Of a stretch of DNA of 36,286 nt, positions 1 to 10,292 are shown one piece after another. The position numbers and the translations under genes are program-made. The DNA comes from Sulfurovaceae bacterium. Lineage in GTDB: Bacteria > Campylobacterota > Campylobacteria > Campylobacterales > Sulfurovaceae. Each line of letters opens with the position of its first letter. Within the stretch, counting starts at the first letter, position 1. The stretch is from assembly GCA_037383745.1 (NCBI GenBank), contig JARROQ010000026.1, positions 1-36,286 on the forward strand, written 5' to 3'. Under the pieces are notes generated by a model. The model was not told the DNA's origin, did not search any database, and worked only from the letters and a program-made list of their open reading frames with translations.

Positions 1-966
1 GTTGCGTTTTTGCTTGATGGATTTTTTCATAGATTTGGTTTGCATGGAAAAAGTTTTATTCCTTTGGTCACCGGATTTGGATGTTCTGTGCCTGCATATA
101 TGGCGGCAAGAACACTTAAAAACGAACAAGAAAGACTTATAACACTTTTTATCATAGGTTTTATGAGTTGTGGAGCGAGATTACCTGTTTATGTCCTTTT
201 TGTAGGCGCGTTCTTCTCGCAAGAGAATGCCGGGAGTATCCTGTTTCTCATTTATATTACCGGTGCTCTTTTTGGGCTTGTTGCAGCAAAAGTGCTTAAA
301 ATATTTGTCTTTAAAGGCGAAAATGAGCCTTTTGTTATGGAGATGCCAAAGTACAGACTCCCTTCGCTGAAACTTATTTGGCATACGGTCTATTCGCAGG
401 CAAAAAGTTATCTCAAAAAAGCCGGTACATTTATATTGGCAGCTTCAATGCTTGTATGGTTTGCAAGTAATTATCCAAAAGATGAGGCACTGATAAGTCA
501 ATACCAAGCAAAGATAGAACATGCTGCTAATCCAGAGATAGAAGTAGAGCTTCAAAATGAGCTTAAAAAGATATCTTTAGAGAATAGTTATCTTGGGAAA
601 ACAGGGCATGTGCTTGAGCCTTTTTTCCGTCCGCTCGGTTTTGACTGGAAGATGAGTGTCGCTATAGGAACGGGACTTGCAGCAAAAGAGGTGGTTGTCT
701 CTACAATGGGTGTGCTCTACTCGTTAGGAGAAGATGTAACCGAGGAAGATCAGGGACTAATGGAAAAGATCAAAACAGAGATACCTTTTGCTTCGGCAAT
801 CTCGTTTATCGTCTTTGTCATGATCTATCTTCCTTGCCTTGCCGCTTCTATGGTGTTTGTTAGAGAGGCAGGAAGTTGGAAATATCTATGGTACCTATTT
901 CTATTTACTACTACGACAGCTTGGATAATGAGCTTCCTTGTCTATAGAGCTGTTTTGATATTGTAA
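1..966 (+). CDS. feoB: Ferrous iron transporter FeoB, C-terminal membrane part; gene continues upstream of the window
   Basis: Open frame from position 1 with no stop. Polytopic membrane sequence (GFGCSVPAYMAARTL..., repeated gate-like segments) typical of the FeoB C-terminal domain. feoA-like ORF lies immediately downstream. Confidence 0.8.
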   Translation, partial: VAFLLDGFFHRFGLHGKSFIPLVTGFGCSVPAYMAARTLKNEQERLITLFIIGFMSCGARLPVYVLFVGAFFSQENAGSILFLIYITGALFGLVAAKVLKIFVFKGENEPFVMEMPKYRLPSLKLIWHTVYSQAKSYLKKAGTFILAASMLVWFASNYPKDEALISQYQAKIEHAANPEIEVELQNELKKISLENSYLGKTGHVLEPFFRPLGFDWKMSVAIGTGLAAKEVVVSTMGVLYSLGEDVTEEDQGLMEKIKTEIPFASAISFIVFVMIYLPCLAASMVFVREAGSWKYLWYLFLFTTTTAWIMSFLVYRAVLIL

Positions 967-975
967 GGAGTATGT

Positions 976-1200
976 GTGTTATTGAGTGAATTGAAAAAAG
1001 GCGATGAGGCAATTATAAAAAAGATAAATGCTTCAGGAGCGTTTAAAAATAGACTGAGCTCTATGGGAATTGTGGAAAAAGAGAGCATAAAACTCGAAGA
1101 GTATTCATTGGCAAAAAGTACAATGGAAATCAAAGTAGCAGAGAGCTATGTAGCTTTGAGATTTCAAGAAGCAAAGCTTATTGAGGTAGAAAAACGTTAA
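976..1200 (+). CDS. feoA: FeoA-family small protein
   Basis: 74 aa, LSELKKGDEAIIKKI... SH3-like FeoA pattern, 10 nt after feoB. Confidence 0.65.
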   Translation: MLLSELKKGDEAIIKKINASGAFKNRLSSMGIVEKESIKLEEYSLAKSTMEIKVAESYVALRFQEAKLIEVEKR

Positions 1201-1300
1201 TAATTTTGTAATTTTTCATTTTACACAACAGACAGTAAAAAAAGGTTCTAGTGGGTATCTCAATAGATTTTACAAAAATATATATTATATTCCTGTTTGG

Positions 1301-2764
1301 GTGCATGAACATAAAATCTCATCATTCTCAACATCACTTTTAAAGAGCATTGAGGCAAATAAACATAATATTCCCGCCTCTCTTTACAATAAGAGTTTAC
1401 AGCTCAAAAAGAAAGCTTCAACGGTTTATTCAAGAGGAAGTATAAAAGACAAGCTTGCGCTTGAGCTTGCCATGAGCACACTTTATAGTCAGTATTTTAG
1501 TTATCTTGGTAGCGGAGGTACGGATTGGAGTCTTTTTCAATCAAAACTTGCAGCTAAAAATAGAGCTTACGATATTGACGCAAAATGGGTGAATTATGGC
1601 ACAAAAGGTTCACCCGCTAATATGCTTAAAGATGCTATTATCAATGGAAATCTTGAGACTTCTATGGCTGGAAATAGAGCATTTAGCTACAACTATGACA
1701 AATTATCAGAAAAATTAAAACTTTACAAAGAGGCCGCACAAAATAGTCATCTTCAAAAGATTATCATTGGTAAAAAATACCTCAAACCGGGAGAGAAATC
1801 AAGCGCTATTCCGCTTATAAAAGAGCGTCTTGCCGCGACGGACGAACTTGGTGAGTGTTCGTTAAATAGTAGTAAACTTTATGACAAGTGCCTCCTTGAA
1901 GCAGTAAAAAGATTTCAAAAAAATAATGGACTTGCAAGTTCCGGTGTGATAGGCTCTAAGACGTTGAGTGCCCTCAATGAGTCGCTTGCAAGCAGAGCTG
2001 TTAAGATAGAGATGAACTTAGATAGGATTAAGCAGTTCAACCAAAGAGATGAGAAATATCATGTTGTTATCAATATACCCGATTTTATGCTCTATTTCAT
2101 GGAAAATGACCAAGTAAAGAAAAAGATGCGAGTGATCGTGGGCAATAAAAGACATCCGACCCCTGTTTTTGGGAGTAGAGTTGCTTACATAGTGCTCAAT
2201 CCGTATTGGAATGTTCCTGATAGTATCATTCAAAAAGAGTTTATTCCGAAAATGCTCAAAGATCCTGACGCGATGAAAAAGCAAAATATAAACATCACGC
2301 AAAGTTGGGCAAAGGATGCACCTCTTGTTGATCCTTCAACAGTTGATTGGGAGGAGTATAGATATAGTAAAACCGTGCCTTTTAGATTTGCTCAGCCTCC
2401 AGGATATGGGAATGCTTTGGGCAAGATCAAGTTTATATTTCCTAATGACTTTTCTGTCTATATGCATGATACACCGACAAAAAGACTTTTTAAAAGAGAT
2501 ACGAGAGCATTTAGCCACGGCTGCATAAGATTATCTGAGCCAATGGAGATGCTTAGAGTATTTTCTGAGGTTGACAGCAATGTCAACCTTGGTAGTTCAA
2601 GAAGTATTCTCAAAGGCTCAAAAGAGACCAATGTCTATCTCGCAAAGAGTGTCCCCGTTGACGTTGTCTATCTCACTGCATGGGTCAATCCAAGCGGAGA
2701 GCTGCAATTTAGGAATGATATCTATGGATATGATAAATTACAGCTCGCATGTAGAGTACGCTAG
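1301..2764 (+). CDS. L,D-transpeptidase (YkuD domain) with peptidoglycan-binding domain, YcbB/LdtD-like
   Basis: PG_binding-like segment CLLEAVKRFQKNNGLASSGVIGSKT. YkuD catalytic motif HDTPTKRLF...SHGCIRL with Cys nucleophile. Confidence 0.8.
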   Translation: MHEHKISSFSTSLLKSIEANKHNIPASLYNKSLQLKKKASTVYSRGSIKDKLALELAMSTLYSQYFSYLGSGGTDWSLFQSKLAAKNRAYDIDAKWVNYGTKGSPANMLKDAIINGNLETSMAGNRAFSYNYDKLSEKLKLYKEAAQNSHLQKIIIGKKYLKPGEKSSAIPLIKERLAATDELGECSLNSSKLYDKCLLEAVKRFQKNNGLASSGVIGSKTLSALNESLASRAVKIEMNLDRIKQFNQRDEKYHVVINIPDFMLYFMENDQVKKKMRVIVGNKRHPTPVFGSRVAYIVLNPYWNVPDSIIQKEFIPKMLKDPDAMKKQNINITQSWAKDAPLVDPSTVDWEEYRYSKTVPFRFAQPPGYGNALGKIKFIFPNDFSVYMHDTPTKRLFKRDTRAFSHGCIRLSEPMEMLRVFSEVDSNVNLGSSRSILKGSKETNVYLAKSVPVDVVYLTAWVNPSGELQFRNDIYGYDKLQLACRVR

Positions 2765-2767
2765 TAT

Positions 2768-3385
2768 TTAGCGTATATACGTAACAAGCTCTTCTGCTTC
2801 CAGTCGAAATTTTTGACTTTGCTCTTTGGCTCTATAGCCAAACGGGAGTATGAGTGCGATACTCTCTTTTGTTGTATCTATTTCCAATATTTTTTCAACG
2901 CTATCATGTTCAAAACCCTCCATCGGGCAACTATCAACTCCAATGAGAGCCGCATAACTCATCATATTTGCCGCCGCTAAGTAGCACTGCTTTTCACACC
3001 AAGCTTTCGGTGATGCAAGATTTGAAAGAAAATTTGCATATTTTTCTAGATAGGCTGCAAGCATTTCGGCATCCAACCCTCTTCTTTGAAACATTTTTTT
3101 ATAATAAGTGGGATCTTGAACATCATGATGCTTGGCTATAAGAATAACAAGATGACTGCAGGTAGTAATCTGTGCTTGATCCCAACAAACAGGCTTAAGC
3201 ATCTGCTTGAGTTCGTCATTTTCAATCACTAAAAATCTCCAATGCTCCATACCAAATGAAGAGGGAGAGAGTCTTCCTACTTCTAGGATAAAATCTATAT
3301 CCTCTTGTGCTATCTTTTTACTTTTGTCAAACAGTTTACAGGCATGTCTAAAGTAAAGAGAGTCCAATAGTGCTTTTTTGTCCAT
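2768..3385 (-). CDS. NAD(P)H nitroreductase family protein
   Basis: 205 aa. N-terminal RHACKLF/FILE...SPSS and WRFLVI motifs typical of NfsB-like nitroreductases. Confidence 0.7.
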   Translation of the reverse strand: MDKKALLDSLYFRHACKLFDKSKKIAQEDIDFILEVGRLSPSSFGMEHWRFLVIENDELKQMLKPVCWDQAQITTCSHLVILIAKHHDVQDPTYYKKMFQRRGLDAEMLAAYLEKYANFLSNLASPKAWCEKQCYLAAANMMSYAALIGVDSCPMEGFEHDSVEKILEIDTTKESIALILPFGYRAKEQSQKFRLEAEELVTYIR

Positions 3386-3493
3386 TTTTGATGCTCCTTT
3401 TGAGAAAATAAATTGAGATAATTTTACTCTTTTTAAACTTTATTATCTTCTTTTTTGCTAAAATCGCTAAAGTGAATTGGTTAAGGAGTAACT

Positions 3494-4057
3494 ATGGATT
3501 TTATAAAAGATGAGATGTTGACACATATTCCTATGTGTGTCCATCCGGAACCAAAAAAAGTTCTCTTAATCGGGGAAAATGAGAGTATAGTGAGTGAGCT
3601 GAAAAAGCATCAAAACAGTGAGCTTCAAGTGCTTGATGCAAAAGATGCTCTCATGTCGTTACAAGAGTTTGACGAGGGGTCTATCGATATCGTCATCGTA
3701 TCAACAAATCTTTTTGAGAGCGATAGAGTATTTTGGGGGCTTGTAAAAAGAGTATTGAGCCTTAAAGGTGTTGTAAGTAGCGTGGTATCTTCTTTTGTGG
3801 ATGAAAAGGCAAAAGCAAAAACACAGATGGAGATAATGGGGGAGTATTTTAGGATAGTTATGCCGTATCTATTTATCCAACAACATTGTGGTTTTGCGCT
3901 CTTTGCTTCTAATATGCTTCATCCAACAGCGGATATCAATCTCCAAAGAGCAGATCTCACCGAGGGATTTAGATACTATAACTCAGATATCGCCATTGCT
4001 GCTTTTGCAATGCCAAATATGATACGAAAAGAGTTTAGAGGGCTCATCAAATCTTGA
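3494..4057 (+). CDS. Spermidine-synthase-like (degenerate methyltransferase-fold) protein
   Basis: KKVLLIGENESIV at the position of the GGGDGG SAM loop. Short (187 aa). Low-confidence family call from memory. Confidence 0.3.
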   Translation: MDFIKDEMLTHIPMCVHPEPKKVLLIGENESIVSELKKHQNSELQVLDAKDALMSLQEFDEGSIDIVIVSTNLFESDRVFWGLVKRVLSLKGVVSSVVSSFVDEKAKAKTQMEIMGEYFRIVMPYLFIQQHCGFALFASNMLHPTADINLQRADLTEGFRYYNSDIAIAAFAMPNMIRKEFRGLIKS

Positions 4058-4656
4058 TATTTGAACACGCTATCGCACTTACAGGAGGCATTGCTACAGG
4101 CAAAAGTTCTGCTACAGCACTTTTGAGTTTGTATGGCTTCAGATTTATCGATGCAGACAAGATAGCACACGCACATCTTGATGAGCAAAAAGAGGCGATT
4201 GCATCACTTTTTGGAGATGAGTATATCAAGGAAGCTAAGGTTGATCGAAAGATATTGGGTAAACTTATCTTTGCAAACAAAGAGAAGAAAAGAGAGCTTG
4301 AAGATTTACTCCATCCAATCATTTATGATACAATTGTTACACAATCAAAGAAAAATGAAGCGCTCGGCATACCCTATATGATCGACATACCTCTTTTCTT
4401 TGAGAGTAAACGCTATGATATTAAAAGATCATTGGTTGTTTATGCAACAAAAGAGCAACAGCTTGAGCGCCTTATGCGGCGCGAAGGGTTTGATGCCAAA
4501 GAGGCATTAAGACGGATAGAGTCACAGATGGATATAGAGCAAAAAAGAGCCCTTGCGGATTATGTGATAGATAATAGCGGTGATCTCAAGCAACTCCAAA
4601 GTGAGTGTGAGAGAGTAAAAGATCAGATACTTAGTGATTGTAAGGATAGAGAGTGA
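4054..4656 (+). CDS. coaE: Dephospho-CoA kinase
   Basis: P-loop ALTGGIATGKSS at N-terminus, ~200 aa, TTG start overlapping the upstream stop. Confidence 0.85.
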   Translation: MIFEHAIALTGGIATGKSSATALLSLYGFRFIDADKIAHAHLDEQKEAIASLFGDEYIKEAKVDRKILGKLIFANKEKKRELEDLLHPIIYDTIVTQSKKNEALGIPYMIDIPLFFESKRYDIKRSLVVYATKEQQLERLMRREGFDAKEALRRIESQMDIEQKRALADYVIDNSGDLKQLQSECERVKDQILSDCKDRE

Positions 4657-5402
4657 GAGCTACAAAATATAATGCAAGTGGAAATGATTTCATCATCTTT
4701 CATGACCAACAAAAAGAGCAGCGTTCGGCATTAGCAAAAAGATTATGTGCAAGACATACAGGCGTAGGGGCAGACGGACTGGTCGTTTTGATTCCACATG
4801 GAGAGTATGATTTTGAGTGGGAGTTTTATAATGCCGATGGTAGCAATGCTTCTATGTGTGGTAATGCTTCAAGAGCAGTAGCGCATTATGCTTGCGAAAA
4901 AGGGATATCCAAAGAGGGTAAAGCAGAGTTTTTAACCGGTGCCGGGATTATTGAAGCTGAGGTCAATGGCGAGTATGTGACTTCAAGTATGGTCACTCCA
5001 AAGATTATAGACAAAGAGATCATAGAAGACGGTGAATCGTGGTGGCTTATTGATAGTGGAGTACCGCATTTAGTTGTTTTCCGCAAAGATATAGAAGAGT
5101 TTGACCTAGCAAAAGCAAGAGCGCTGAGAGAAAAATACAATGCCAATGTCAACATTGTCAAGATCGTAGATAGAAAAAATATGCTCGTGCGAACTTATGA
5201 GCGAGGTGTTGAAGATGAAACACTCGCTTGTGGTACGGGAATAGTAGCTGCATTTGTGAGAGCTTTTGAAGAACAACAAGTAGAGAGTAAAGTTTGCATT
5301 TTAGCAAGAAGCGGTGAGGAGATAGATGTTTCTATCGAAGCAGGTGTTTACAAATTGGGTGGTAGAGTTTCAAAAGTTTTTGTAGCCGAGATATATATCT
5401 AA
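4653..5402 (+). CDS. dapF: Diaminopimelate epimerase
   Basis: NASGNDFIIF, catalytic Cys motifs SMCGNASR and LACGTG. 249 aa. GTG start overlapping the coaE stop. Confidence 0.85.
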   Translation: MRATKYNASGNDFIIFHDQQKEQRSALAKRLCARHTGVGADGLVVLIPHGEYDFEWEFYNADGSNASMCGNASRAVAHYACEKGISKEGKAEFLTGAGIIEAEVNGEYVTSSMVTPKIIDKEIIEDGESWWLIDSGVPHLVVFRKDIEEFDLAKARALREKYNANVNIVKIVDRKNMLVRTYERGVEDETLACGTGIVAAFVRAFEEQQVESKVCILARSGEEIDVSIEAGVYKLGGRVSKVFVAEIYI

Positions 5403-5415
5403 AGGAGTTTAGTTT

Positions 5416-6054
5416 ATGAGAGTTCTGATATTTTTACTTATTGCAAGCGGGTATCTTTTTGCAGAAACATTGGCTGAAGCAAAAGAGCTCTACGATCAAA
5501 AAGAGTACACGCAGGCGTATGAGATCTACTCCAAATTGGCAAGCGAGGGTGACACTCTAGCGCAGTTCAATGTGGCACTTATGCTTGATTTTGGTTTTGG
5601 TGTTAAAAAAGATGCGAAAGAGGCGATGAAGTGGTATTATAAAGCTGCAAACTCTCACCATGGATCTTCACAGTACAATCTTGCTAAACATTATGATATG
5701 GATGCAGCTACAGATGCAAGCGCTGAAACCAAGGCAAAAATATGGTATGAGAAAGCGTGTGAAAATGAGGTGGCAAAAGCGTGTACGAATCTAGCACTTT
5801 TATATTATAACGGTGGAAAAACATTTAAGAAAAACACCCCAAAGGCTTTAGAGTTTTTTGTTAAAGGTTCAGAGTTTGGTGATAGCAAGGCAAATCTAAA
5901 TTTGGGCATTATTTACGGTTGGGGTGACGGAAGCATTCAAGATAGACTGAAAGCATATAGCTATCTCAAAGAGGCACTCAAAACCGGCGAGCCAAAAGCA
6001 AATGAATACTTAGAGACTCTCTGCAAGGAGACAAAGTGGGTTTGCGAAGAGTAA
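5416..6054 (+). CDS. Secreted Sel1-repeat (Hcp-like, cysteine-rich) protein
   Basis: Signal peptide, then repeated A..W..KAA/G...A..NLG..Y..G.GV.KD Sel1 units with paired Cys. Confidence 0.75.
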   Translation: MRVLIFLLIASGYLFAETLAEAKELYDQKEYTQAYEIYSKLASEGDTLAQFNVALMLDFGFGVKKDAKEAMKWYYKAANSHHGSSQYNLAKHYDMDAATDASAETKAKIWYEKACENEVAKACTNLALLYYNGGKTFKKNTPKALEFFVKGSEFGDSKANLNLGIIYGWGDGSIQDRLKAYSYLKEALKTGEPKANEYLETLCKETKWVCEE

Positions 6055-6112
6055 AATTTTATGTAACTTTTTTGCCGTTAAGTTATAATAGTAGTATTTA
6101 AAAGGAGAAATT

Positions 6113-6364
6113 ATGGATGCGCAACTTGTTAGTATATTGGTATTTTTAGCCATAGGTGCTGTAGCAGGCTGGCTCGCGGGACAGATTATGAAAGGCGGCG
6201 GATTCGGGCTCTTGGGCAATATCATTATAGGTATTGTGGGCTCATTCGTCGGAGGTTTTCTATTTGGCAGATTTATAAGCGGCGGGCTTATAGGGACGAT
6301 AGTTACTGCGACACTCGGTGCAGTAGTACTTCTTGCGGTTGTAAAAATACTCAAGAAAATATAA
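6113..6364 (+). CDS. GlsB/YeaQ/YmgE-family small membrane protein
   Basis: 83 aa glycine-zipper membrane protein AGWLAGQIMKGGGFGLLGNIIIGIVGSFVGGFLFG. Confidence 0.7.
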   Translation: MDAQLVSILVFLAIGAVAGWLAGQIMKGGGFGLLGNIIIGIVGSFVGGFLFGRFISGGLIGTIVTATLGAVVLLAVVKILKKI

Positions 6365-6367
6365 ATC

Positions 6368-6382
6368 GGCCGCTTCGCGGCC
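6368..6382 (+). terminator. GC-rich hairpin GGCCGC-TTC-GCGGCC after the small membrane protein gene
   Basis: Perfect 6-bp GC stem in an AT-rich context directly after the stop codon. No clear U-tract. Confidence 0.35.
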
Positions 6383-6406
6383 ACCTAATAAAATTCAAGA
6401 AAGATT

Positions 6407-6415
6407 TGATATAAT
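6407..6415 (+). promoter_or_regulatory. Extended -10 (TGaTATAAT) upstream of tRNA-Val
   Basis: TGnTATAAT ends ~16 nt before the tRNA 5' end. Confidence 0.35.
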
Positions 6416-6430
6416 TCTACTCTTAATTTT

Positions 6431-6506
6431 GATCGCGTAGCTCAGTTGGTAGAGCACTACCTTGACATGGTAGGGGTCGTTGGTTCGAGTCCAATCGTGA
6501 TCACCA
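6431..6506 (+). tRNA. tRNA-Val (anticodon GAC)
   Basis: Cloverleaf folds by hand. Acceptor GATCGCG/CGTGATC, D-arm AGCTCAGTTGGTAGAGC, anticodon loop TTGACAT, T-arm GGTTCGAGTCC, encoded CCA. Confidence 0.85.
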
Positions 6507-6576
6507 CTTCTTTTTATATATCTTCTTAAAACTTTTTGTTATAATATCACGACTTTAAACAGACGAAAGAGAATAA

Positions 6577-8391
6577 ATGGATAAAACTATTATAGGTTAT
6601 CTAGATAACGATAACGATATCATTGACACACAGAGTGTAGTGGATGGTAGTAATCTTCAAGAGATATATTATGATAACTCGCCCGAAGCTCTCGAGATTA
6701 TAAGACACTCAAGCGCACACCTTATGGCGCATGCTATCACCGAGCTTTATGGGGATGCACAATTTTTTGTAGGACCTACTGTTGATGAAGGATTCTATTA
6801 TGACTTTAGGGTGCCGCAAAAGATAGGCGAAGAGGATCTTAAATCGATAGAAAAAAAGATGAAAGAGCTTATCAAGCAAAAATTCCCTATAGAGAAATAC
6901 ACGATTACAAAAAAAGAGGCATTAGAAAAATTTGCTAAAGATGATCTCAAGCTTGCTGTTTTGAGTAGGATTACCGATGAGGTTGTCTCTATTTACAAGC
7001 AAGGTTCTTTTGAGGATTTGTGTCGTGGTCCCCATGTTCCAACTGTTGGACTATTACACAACTTTAAACTCACGCGTGTTGCCGGAGCTTATCTCGGCGG
7101 AGATGAGAGTGCCGAGATGTTAACGCGTATTTACGGGATAGCATTTGCAGACAAAGAATCACTCAAAGCATATGTTGCGATGATTGAAGAGGCGAAAAAA
7201 AGAGACCACAGAAAGCTTGGAACTGAGCTTGAGCTTTTTATGTTCAACGAAGAAGCGGGTGCCGGACTTCCTTTTTGGTTGCCAAAAGGGGCAAGGCTAA
7301 GAAATAAGCTTGAGGCAATCTTGCATGATGCACATAGACAAAGAGGCTATGAGCCCGTTCGCGGTCCGGAGATACTCAAATCAGATATGTGGAGAACTTC
7401 AGGACACTACGCCTGTTACGGGGAGAATATGTATCTCACCGAGATTGATGAGCAGGAGTATGGCATCAAGCCTATGAATTGCATCGGACATATTCAGATA
7501 TTTAAAAACAGCACCAAAAGCTACAGAGAGTTACCGCTCAAATATTATGAATACGGTGTTGTTCATCGTCATGAAAAATCAGGTGTGCTTCACGGGCTTT
7601 TAAGAGTGCGCGAGTTTACACAAGATGACGCGCATATATTTTGTACGCCCGAACAGATAAAAGGTGTTGTCTTAGAGGTTGTCGAATTTGTTGATAGTGT
7701 GATGAAGCAATTCAACTTTGACTACACCATGGAGGTATCAACAAAGCCGGAAAAAGCTATCGGCGAGGATGCGGTATGGGAGGTTGCGACTACGGCACTC
7801 AAAGAGGCACTTGATGAAAATTCGCTCCCTTACGGTATCGATGAAGGGGGCGGCGCATTTTATGGACCGAAGATTGACATCAAGATTACAGATGCTCTAG
7901 GGCGGAAATGGCAGTGTGGAACGATACAAGTAGATTTTAATTTGCCGCAAAGGTTTGATGTCGAATATGTTGCTGAAGATAATACAAGAAAGCAACCCGT
8001 TATGATTCACAGAGCTATTCTTGGATCTTTTGAGCGATTCATCGCGATTCTGACCGAACATTTCGGTGGCGAATTTCCATTCTTCATCGCCCCGACGCAA
8101 GTGATATTTGTGCCGATTGCTCAGACACACAATGAATATGCCTATGCACTAAAAAATACCTTAAGAATCAGAGGTATCGATAGTGAGGTGTATGATAAAA
8201 ATGAGAGTCTCAACAAAAGGATAAGAACAGCCGAGAAACAGAGAGTGCCGTATGTTGTCATCATCGGCGACGAAGAGGTGGAAGGTAAAGCGGTAGCGAT
8301 AAGAGATAGAAGAGCCAAAGAGCAGTATAATCTAACACAAGATGAATTTATGGTAAAATTAACCCAACAACTAGAAGAAGGAAAAATTTGA
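6577..8391 (+). CDS. thrS: Threonyl-tRNA synthetase
   Basis: 604 aa. TGS/second-additional-domain motif [10 protein letters not shown]. Class II motifs [14 protein letters not shown] and [10 protein letters not shown]. Anticodon-binding C-terminus. Confidence 0.95.
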   Translation: MDKTIIGYLDNDNDIIDTQSVVDGSNLQEIYYDNSPEALEIIRHSSAHLMAHAITELYGDAQFFVGPTVDEGFYYDFRVPQKIGEEDLKSIEKKMKELIKQKFPIEKYTITKKEALEKFAKDDLKLAVLSRITDEVVSIYKQGSFEDLCRGPHVPTVGLLHNFKLTRVAGAYLGGDESAEMLTRIYGIAFADKESLKAYVAMIEEAKKRDHRKLGTELELFMFNEEAGAGLPFWLPKGARLRNKLEAILHDAHRQRGYEPVRGPEILKSDMWRTSGHYACYGENMYLTEIDEQEYGIKPMNCIGHIQIFKNSTKSYRELPLKYYEYGVVHRHEKSGVLHGLLRVREFTQDDAHIFCTPEQIKGVVLEVVEFVDSVMKQFNFDYTMEVSTKPEKAIGEDAVWEVATTALKEALDENSLPYGIDEGGGAFYGPKIDIKITDALGRKWQCGTIQVDFNLPQRFDVEYVAEDNTRKQPVMIHRAILGSFERFIAILTEHFGGEFPFFIAPTQVIFVPIAQTHNEYAYALKNTLRIRGIDSEVYDKNESLNKRIRTAEKQRVPYVVIIGDEEVEGKAVAIRDRRAKEQYNLTQDEFMVKLTQQLEEGKI

Positions 8392-8930
8392 GCAGACAAA
8401 ATGTAGGCAGAAAAGAGAAGAAAGACGATACACAGATAAACGATGAGATATATGCAAAAGAGTTAAGAGTAGTAAGCGAAGGCGCCGGTGAACCTTCAAT
8501 TATGAGCAAAGATGATGCTCTAAAATTAGCGGAATCACAAGGGCTTGATCTTGTGGTCATCTCGCCGGATGCGCAACCGCCGGTTGCAAAGATCATGGAT
8601 TATGGCAAGTATCGTTATGAGATGGAGAAACGCAAGAAAGAGGCAAGAAAAAATCAAAAGATTATCGACATCAAAGAGATCAAATTTTCTTGCAAGATCG
8701 CTGACAATGATATAGCTTACAAGGTGAAGCATGCAAGAGAGTTTTTAGAGAAAGAAAAGCATGTTAAGCTTCGAGTCTTTTTGAAGGGTCGCGAGATGGC
8801 AAGCCCTGAGCTTGGCGCTAATGTGCTCAAAAAAGTATGGCCGATGCTAGAAGATATAGCCGTGCTTGAAAAAGATGCGCATCAAGAGGGGAGATATGTC
8901 ACGATGTATCTGACCCCGAAGAAAAAATAG
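8388..8930 (+). CDS. infC: Translation initiation factor IF-3
   Basis: [13 protein letters not shown]...[27 protein letters not shown] pattern. Overlaps the thrS stop. Atypical start (TTG here; IF3 genes classically use rare starts). Confidence 0.85.
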   Translation: MSRQNVGRKEKKDDTQINDEIYAKELRVVSEGAGEPSIMSKDDALKLAESQGLDLVVISPDAQPPVAKIMDYGKYRYEMEKRKKEARKNQKIIDIKEIKFSCKIADNDIAYKVKHAREFLEKEKHVKLRVFLKGREMASPELGANVLKKVWPMLEDIAVLEKDAHQEGRYVTMYLTPKKK

Positions 8931-9035
8931 AAAGATTTTTATACTAAATTTATCTTAGTATCTGGTATTGTAGGCTCTGCATTTTATGTGGGACAATGAG
9001 CATTTGTGCTTTTAAATGAAACTTTAATTATCTTT

Positions 9036-9044
9036 TGCTATAAT
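9036..9044 (+). promoter_or_regulatory. Extended -10 (TGcTATAAT) upstream of rpmI-rplT
   Basis: TGnTATAAT ~35 nt upstream of the rpmI ATG, followed by the AAAGGAG RBS. Confidence 0.35.
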
Positions 9045-9079
9045 TGCGTCCCATTTTCTATTTTACGAAAGGAGAAAAT

Positions 9080-9271
9080 ATGCCTAAAATGAAAAGTGTA
9101 AAAGGTGCTGTAAAGCGCTTCAAGATCAAAAAGAGCGGTAAGATAAAACGCGGAACAGCGTTTAGAAGCCACATCTTGACAAAAGTAGACGGGAAACACC
9201 ACAGACATATGAATTCACCAAAATATGTCAACAGTGCGGATGAGAGTAAAATCAAAGAGATGATTAACTAA
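9080..9271 (+). CDS. rpmI: 50S ribosomal protein L35
   Basis: MPKMKSVKGAVKRFKIKKSGKIKRG... Strong AAAGGAG RBS. The ORF-track start at 9044 is an upstream artefact. Confidence 0.9.
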   Translation: MPKMKSVKGAVKRFKIKKSGKIKRGTAFRSHILTKVDGKHHRHMNSPKYVNSADESKIKEMIN

Positions 9272-9337
9272 AAAAACCCTCAATATTGAGGCAAGTTCAA
9301 GCAAGCAGGCTTGACACCGAAAAGGTAAAGGAAAAAC

Positions 9338-9694
9338 ATGAGAGTAAAAACAGGAACAGTTAGAAGAGCGAGACATAAAAAGCTACTCAAGCAAGCAAGA
9401 GGATTCTACAGCGGTAGAAGAAAACACTTTAGAAAAGCAAAAGAGCAACTTGAGAGATCGCTTGTTTATGCGTACAGAGATAGAAGAAACAAGAAAAGAG
9501 ACTTTAGAAAGCTTTGGATTGTTCGTATCAACGCAGCTGCAAGATTGAATGACCTTAGTTATTCAAGATTTATGCACGGACTTAAACTAGCAAACATAGA
9601 GCTAGATAGAAAGATACTTGCAGATATGGCAATGAATGAGCCGGAAAACTTTAAAAAATTGGCCGAAGCTTCAACAAAAGCTCTTAATAAATAG
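9338..9694 (+). CDS. rplT: 50S ribosomal protein L20
   Basis: [36 protein letters not shown]... 118 aa. Confidence 0.95.
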   Translation: MRVKTGTVRRARHKKLLKQARGFYSGRRKHFRKAKEQLERSLVYAYRDRRNKKRDFRKLWIVRINAAARLNDLSYSRFMHGLKLANIELDRKILADMAMNEPENFKKLAEASTKALNK

Positions 9695-9706
9695 GCATAT
9701 TTTCTT

Positions 9707-9731
9707 ATACCAAAGAGTCACTCTTTGGTAT
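9707..9731. terminator. Palindromic hairpin between the convergent rplT and lipoprotein genes
   Basis: ATACCAAAGAGT-c-ACTCTTTGGTAT near-perfect palindrome. No obvious U-tract. Position suits a bidirectional terminator. Confidence 0.35.
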
Positions 9732-9761
9732 ATCTCCCCAAATTCTCCTCACCCATTTTTA

Positions 9762-10136
9762 CTATTTTGTGAGTGATTCCATAAGATCAATAATATTTTG
9801 TAAAAAATTCTTTGTTTGATTAAGATCAATACTGACCTTCTCTTTAGTAATCTCGATACCCATTTTCTCAGATGTGAAGTTCCCCTCTTCAATCTCTTTT
9901 TGTGTTGCGTTGATCTCTTGGTCGATCCGCTCTCCAAGCTCCTCTAAAAAGACTTTAGTTTTATTGCTATCAATAGTGATTTTATCGCCTTTGATATCTA
10001 TGCCCATATTGGAAAGAACAGTCTCTCTATCAAAGCTATCTTCACCATTTTTCTCTACAGTCGCTTCCTTTTTCTCCTCTTTTTTGTCACACCCGGTAAA
10101 AAAATGTATCAAAAATGCTATAAATATTATCCTCAT
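9762..10136 (-). CDS. Small lipoprotein with internal tandem repeat
   Basis: Lipobox-like FFTGC after a hydrophobic leader. Two ~40-aa repeats (MGIDIKGDKITIDSNKTKVFLEELGERIDQE / MGIEITKEKVSIDLNQTKNFLQNIIDLME). Confidence 0.5.
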   Translation of the reverse strand: MRIIFIAFLIHFFTGCDKKEEKKEATVEKNGEDSFDRETVLSNMGIDIKGDKITIDSNKTKVFLEELGERIDQEINATQKEIEEGNFTSEKMGIEITKEKVSIDLNQTKNFLQNIIDLMESLTK

Positions 10137-10292
10137 AAGTACTCCTCAAGTTTAAAGTTATTTTACAATAAAAAAGTGATGAATAGTGTAAGTTTATTTT
10201 TTGTTAATCTTTTTTCGTTACAATCGTTGTGTATTGATAAAAAATAAAAAGATATAAAATACAAAAAAAGAAATTTAACGAGGAAATTTAAT

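Noticed and set aside
6010-6384. 124-aa minus-strand Pro-rich ORF overlapping the GlsB/YeaQ-family gene
   Set aside because: It is an antisense artefact of a Gly-rich coding region (Gly codons read as Pro on the opposite strand).
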